DNA of 27,029 bases from a virus (taxonomy: Duplodnaviria > Caudoviricetes), in the IMG/VR virus record IMGVR_UViG_3300012952_000105, positions 1 to 27,029 of that record, one strand, 5' to 3'. Below the pieces are notes generated by a model, which saw nothing but the letters and a program-made list of their open reading frames with translations, was not told the origin of the DNA and did not search any database. Every line of letters begins with the position of its first letter. Position 1 is the first letter of the stretch. Below, in pieces: positions 25,071 through 27,029 of this stretch. The position numbers and the translations under genes are program-made.

Positions 25071-27029
25071 ATGGCACTTACACAAGTCAGTACAGGTGGA
25101 GTAAAAGACGGCACTATATTAAATGCTGACTTAAATGCTAGTGCAGCAATAGCTGGAACGAAAATTTCTCCCTCATTTGGTAGCCAAAATATAAGTACTA
25201 CAGGTACTACAAGTATTGGTGGAGCTACAAGTGTCGGTACTAAATTACATATTGAAAATGCCAGTGGTGATGCACATATTAGGTTACGAGGCAGTGCTAA
25301 CTACGGTATTTTATTTACAAGACATTCTGATGCTGCGTTAACAGGATATGTAGGTAGTGGTAATGCTGTTAATTTAGGAACCTCAAATGTAGCTCTATCT
25401 GCACCTTTATCTGGCGGTGATATTATTTTCCAGACAAATGGAACTGCTGCTACTGATGAGAAGATGCGGATTCAAGATGATGGGAAAATTGGAGTAAATA
25501 CCACCGCACCTTCAGAGTTGTTTACGATAAATGGAGCAGACCAATCAGCATTAATACGAACTTCAAATGCAGTTGGTACGGCTAAATTAAAATTTGAAGC
25601 AGACGGTACAAATTACGCTGGTATTGGGTTAGAAAATACAACTCTTGTTTTAAGATGCGGTAATAGTTCAAGTCCAAGTAGCCGTTTAAGACTAGGTGCG
25701 GATGGTGTTATAGTCTCTAGTGGTAATATGAGAGTTAATATAAGCACTGCTGTAGATGGAATATTAGGACAAGCATATAGTGGTTATTTTGGTCTAAAAC
25801 ACGCAGATCAAACTTTAAGTTCTGAGTACATGATCATTAGTAATGATACCGATACTTTTATTAGTTGTTCTGCTGGTTCTTCGGTAAGAATAAGACCAAG
25901 TGCCAATAACTCCTCACATGAATTACTTGTAACAACAAACATTACCTTAGCTAAAGGAGCTTTTGGTGCTGGTACAACAGCTATTGATCCTGATTCATAT
26001 ACTGATTATTCGGGTGGTTTTGGAAGTGTTGCTGATGGAAGTGGTTGGGGAGGAAGAGGATTGTGGATTCAAGCTGGCGGTATAGGTCGTGCTGCTGCAA
26101 TAGCACATAACGGAGCTAATTTATATTTTGGAATACAAAATGGTAGTAATCAAAATACTATGGGTACTTATATGATGATTGAACCGACAGGTGATATAAC
26201 TTTGGAAAAAGACTTAAGGTTTATTAGTAAAAGAATAAAAAGGGAAGGTTTTCAATATGGATATTTAGAAGGCGGTCAGAATAATATTGGTGCTAGCGAT
26301 CAATATACAAATCCTATTTTTTCAATTGGTTCAGCCCATAGACCTACTGCTACTGCTTTAGTTGATATGTATGGAATTGGTTTTAGCCATGGTAATGCTT
26401 CCTTTACACCTACTGGTGCTGGGTGGGGGTTGTATGCGTGTGCTGATGGAGATACAAGAATATATTTGGATGCTTCAAATGCAAGAGTATATTTAGATTC
26501 AACCCTTGATAGCAATAATACAGATGCTATGTATTTAGCACCGACCACTGGTAATTATGGGTCAATTCAAATAAATGGAGGTACAACTGGAGGCTGGAAA
26601 GGGTATTCAATAGATGGTCATAGTGTATTTATGAGTAATGGTACTACTGCTGTTTCTAATTATATAGGTATATATGATGACAACGTAAATCAATGGGCAT
26701 TGCTACATGCACGTACAGCTTGGGTACGGTTGTACTATGGAAGCGGTCTTAAACTTGAGACAACAAATGCAGGGGTATATATAACTGGTACATTAACTGC
26801 TTCAGGTACAAAATCATTTAGAATTTCTCATCCACTTAGTAATTTATCTGAAACAAAAGATCTTGTTCATGCTGCAATAGAAGGCCCACAGATGGATCTT
26901 ATGTATCGTGGTAAAGTTGATTTAGTAAATGGTACAGCAACAGTTAATATTGACACTAAATCAGGTATGACAGAAGGTACATTTGATGTTTTAAACAGAG
27001 ATGTGCAATGTTTTACTACAAATGAGACA
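25071..27029 (+). CDS. Tail fibre / receptor-binding protein, 3'-truncated (at least 653 aa; not in ORF track)
   Basis: Hand translation is open to the window end: MALTQVSTGGVKDG...EKMRIQDDGKIGVNT...KSFRISHPL...LVHAAIEGP...YRG...NRDVQCFTTNET. Confidence 0.85.
   Translation, partial: MALTQVSTGGVKDGTILNADLNASAAIAGTKISPSFGSQNISTTGTTSIGGATSVGTKLHIENASGDAHIRLRGSANYGILFTRHSDAALTGYVGSGNAVNLGTSNVALSAPLSGGDIIFQTNGTAATDEKMRIQDDGKIGVNTTAPSELFTINGADQSALIRTSNAVGTAKLKFEADGTNYAGIGLENTTLVLRCGNSSSPSSRLRLGADGVIVSSGNMRVNISTAVDGILGQAYSGYFGLKHADQTLSSEYMIISNDTDTFISCSAGSSVRIRPSANNSSHELLVTTNITLAKGAFGAGTTAIDPDSYTDYSGGFGSVADGSGWGGRGLWIQAGGIGRAAAIAHNGANLYFGIQNGSNQNTMGTYMMIEPTGDITLEKDLRFISKRIKREGFQYGYLEGGQNNIGASDQYTNPIFSIGSAHRPTATALVDMYGIGFSHGNASFTPTGAGWGLYACADGDTRIYLDASNARVYLDSTLDSNNTDAMYLAPTTGNYGSIQINGGTTGGWKGYSIDGHSVFMSNGTTAVSNYIGIYDDNVNQWALLHARTAWVRLYYGSGLKLETTNAGVYITGTLTASGTKSFRISHPLSNLSETKDLVHAAIEGPQMDLMYRGKVDLVNGTATVNIDTKSGMTEGTFDVLNRDVQCFTTNET

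Noticed and set aside
1168-26548. All minus-strand ORFs in the track and the + ORF 2489..2677
   Set aside because: They overlap well-supported + strand genes and show no recognisable motifs; most likely shadow frames.
21514-27029. Diversity-generating retroelement or invertible fibre cassette
   Set aside because: No reverse transcriptase, invertase, near-identical TR/VR pair or inverted cassette seen in the window; the shared fibre module differs at many non-adenine positions.
1-27029. tRNA, integrase/att site, lysis genes, auxiliary metabolic genes, introns/inteins, stop-codon recoding
   Set aside because: None recognised; genes are of normal length under the standard code and the gaps are explained by small ORFs, the frameshift or leaders.

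Overview
AT-rich fragment of a tailed dsDNA phage (siphovirus type). All genuine genes are on the + strand and most are translationally coupled. Order: 5'-truncated VapE-type primase/helicase, a repeat-rich origin-like spacer, small and large terminase, portal, SPP1 gp7/Mu F-like minor head protein, four tiny mostly basic ORFs (two missing from the ORF track), scaffold, SPP1 gp13-like major capsid, decoration protein, neck proteins, tail tube, tail chaperone with a -1 frameshift site, a short tape measure, a lambda-like M-L-K-I-J tail tip and several tail-fibre genes, the last running off the 3' end. Gene content suggests a small marine siphovirus, possibly of picocyanobacteria (inference only). 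Most notable observations: four G-YTACG-C hairpins around the scaffold and capsid start codons; an iteron/AT-core origin candidate after the helicase; a gpL homologue without the Fe-S-binding C-terminus; stop codons that double as -10-like boxes; and shared terminal motifs among the fibre proteins. Family assignments are from motif recognition and gene order, not database searches.
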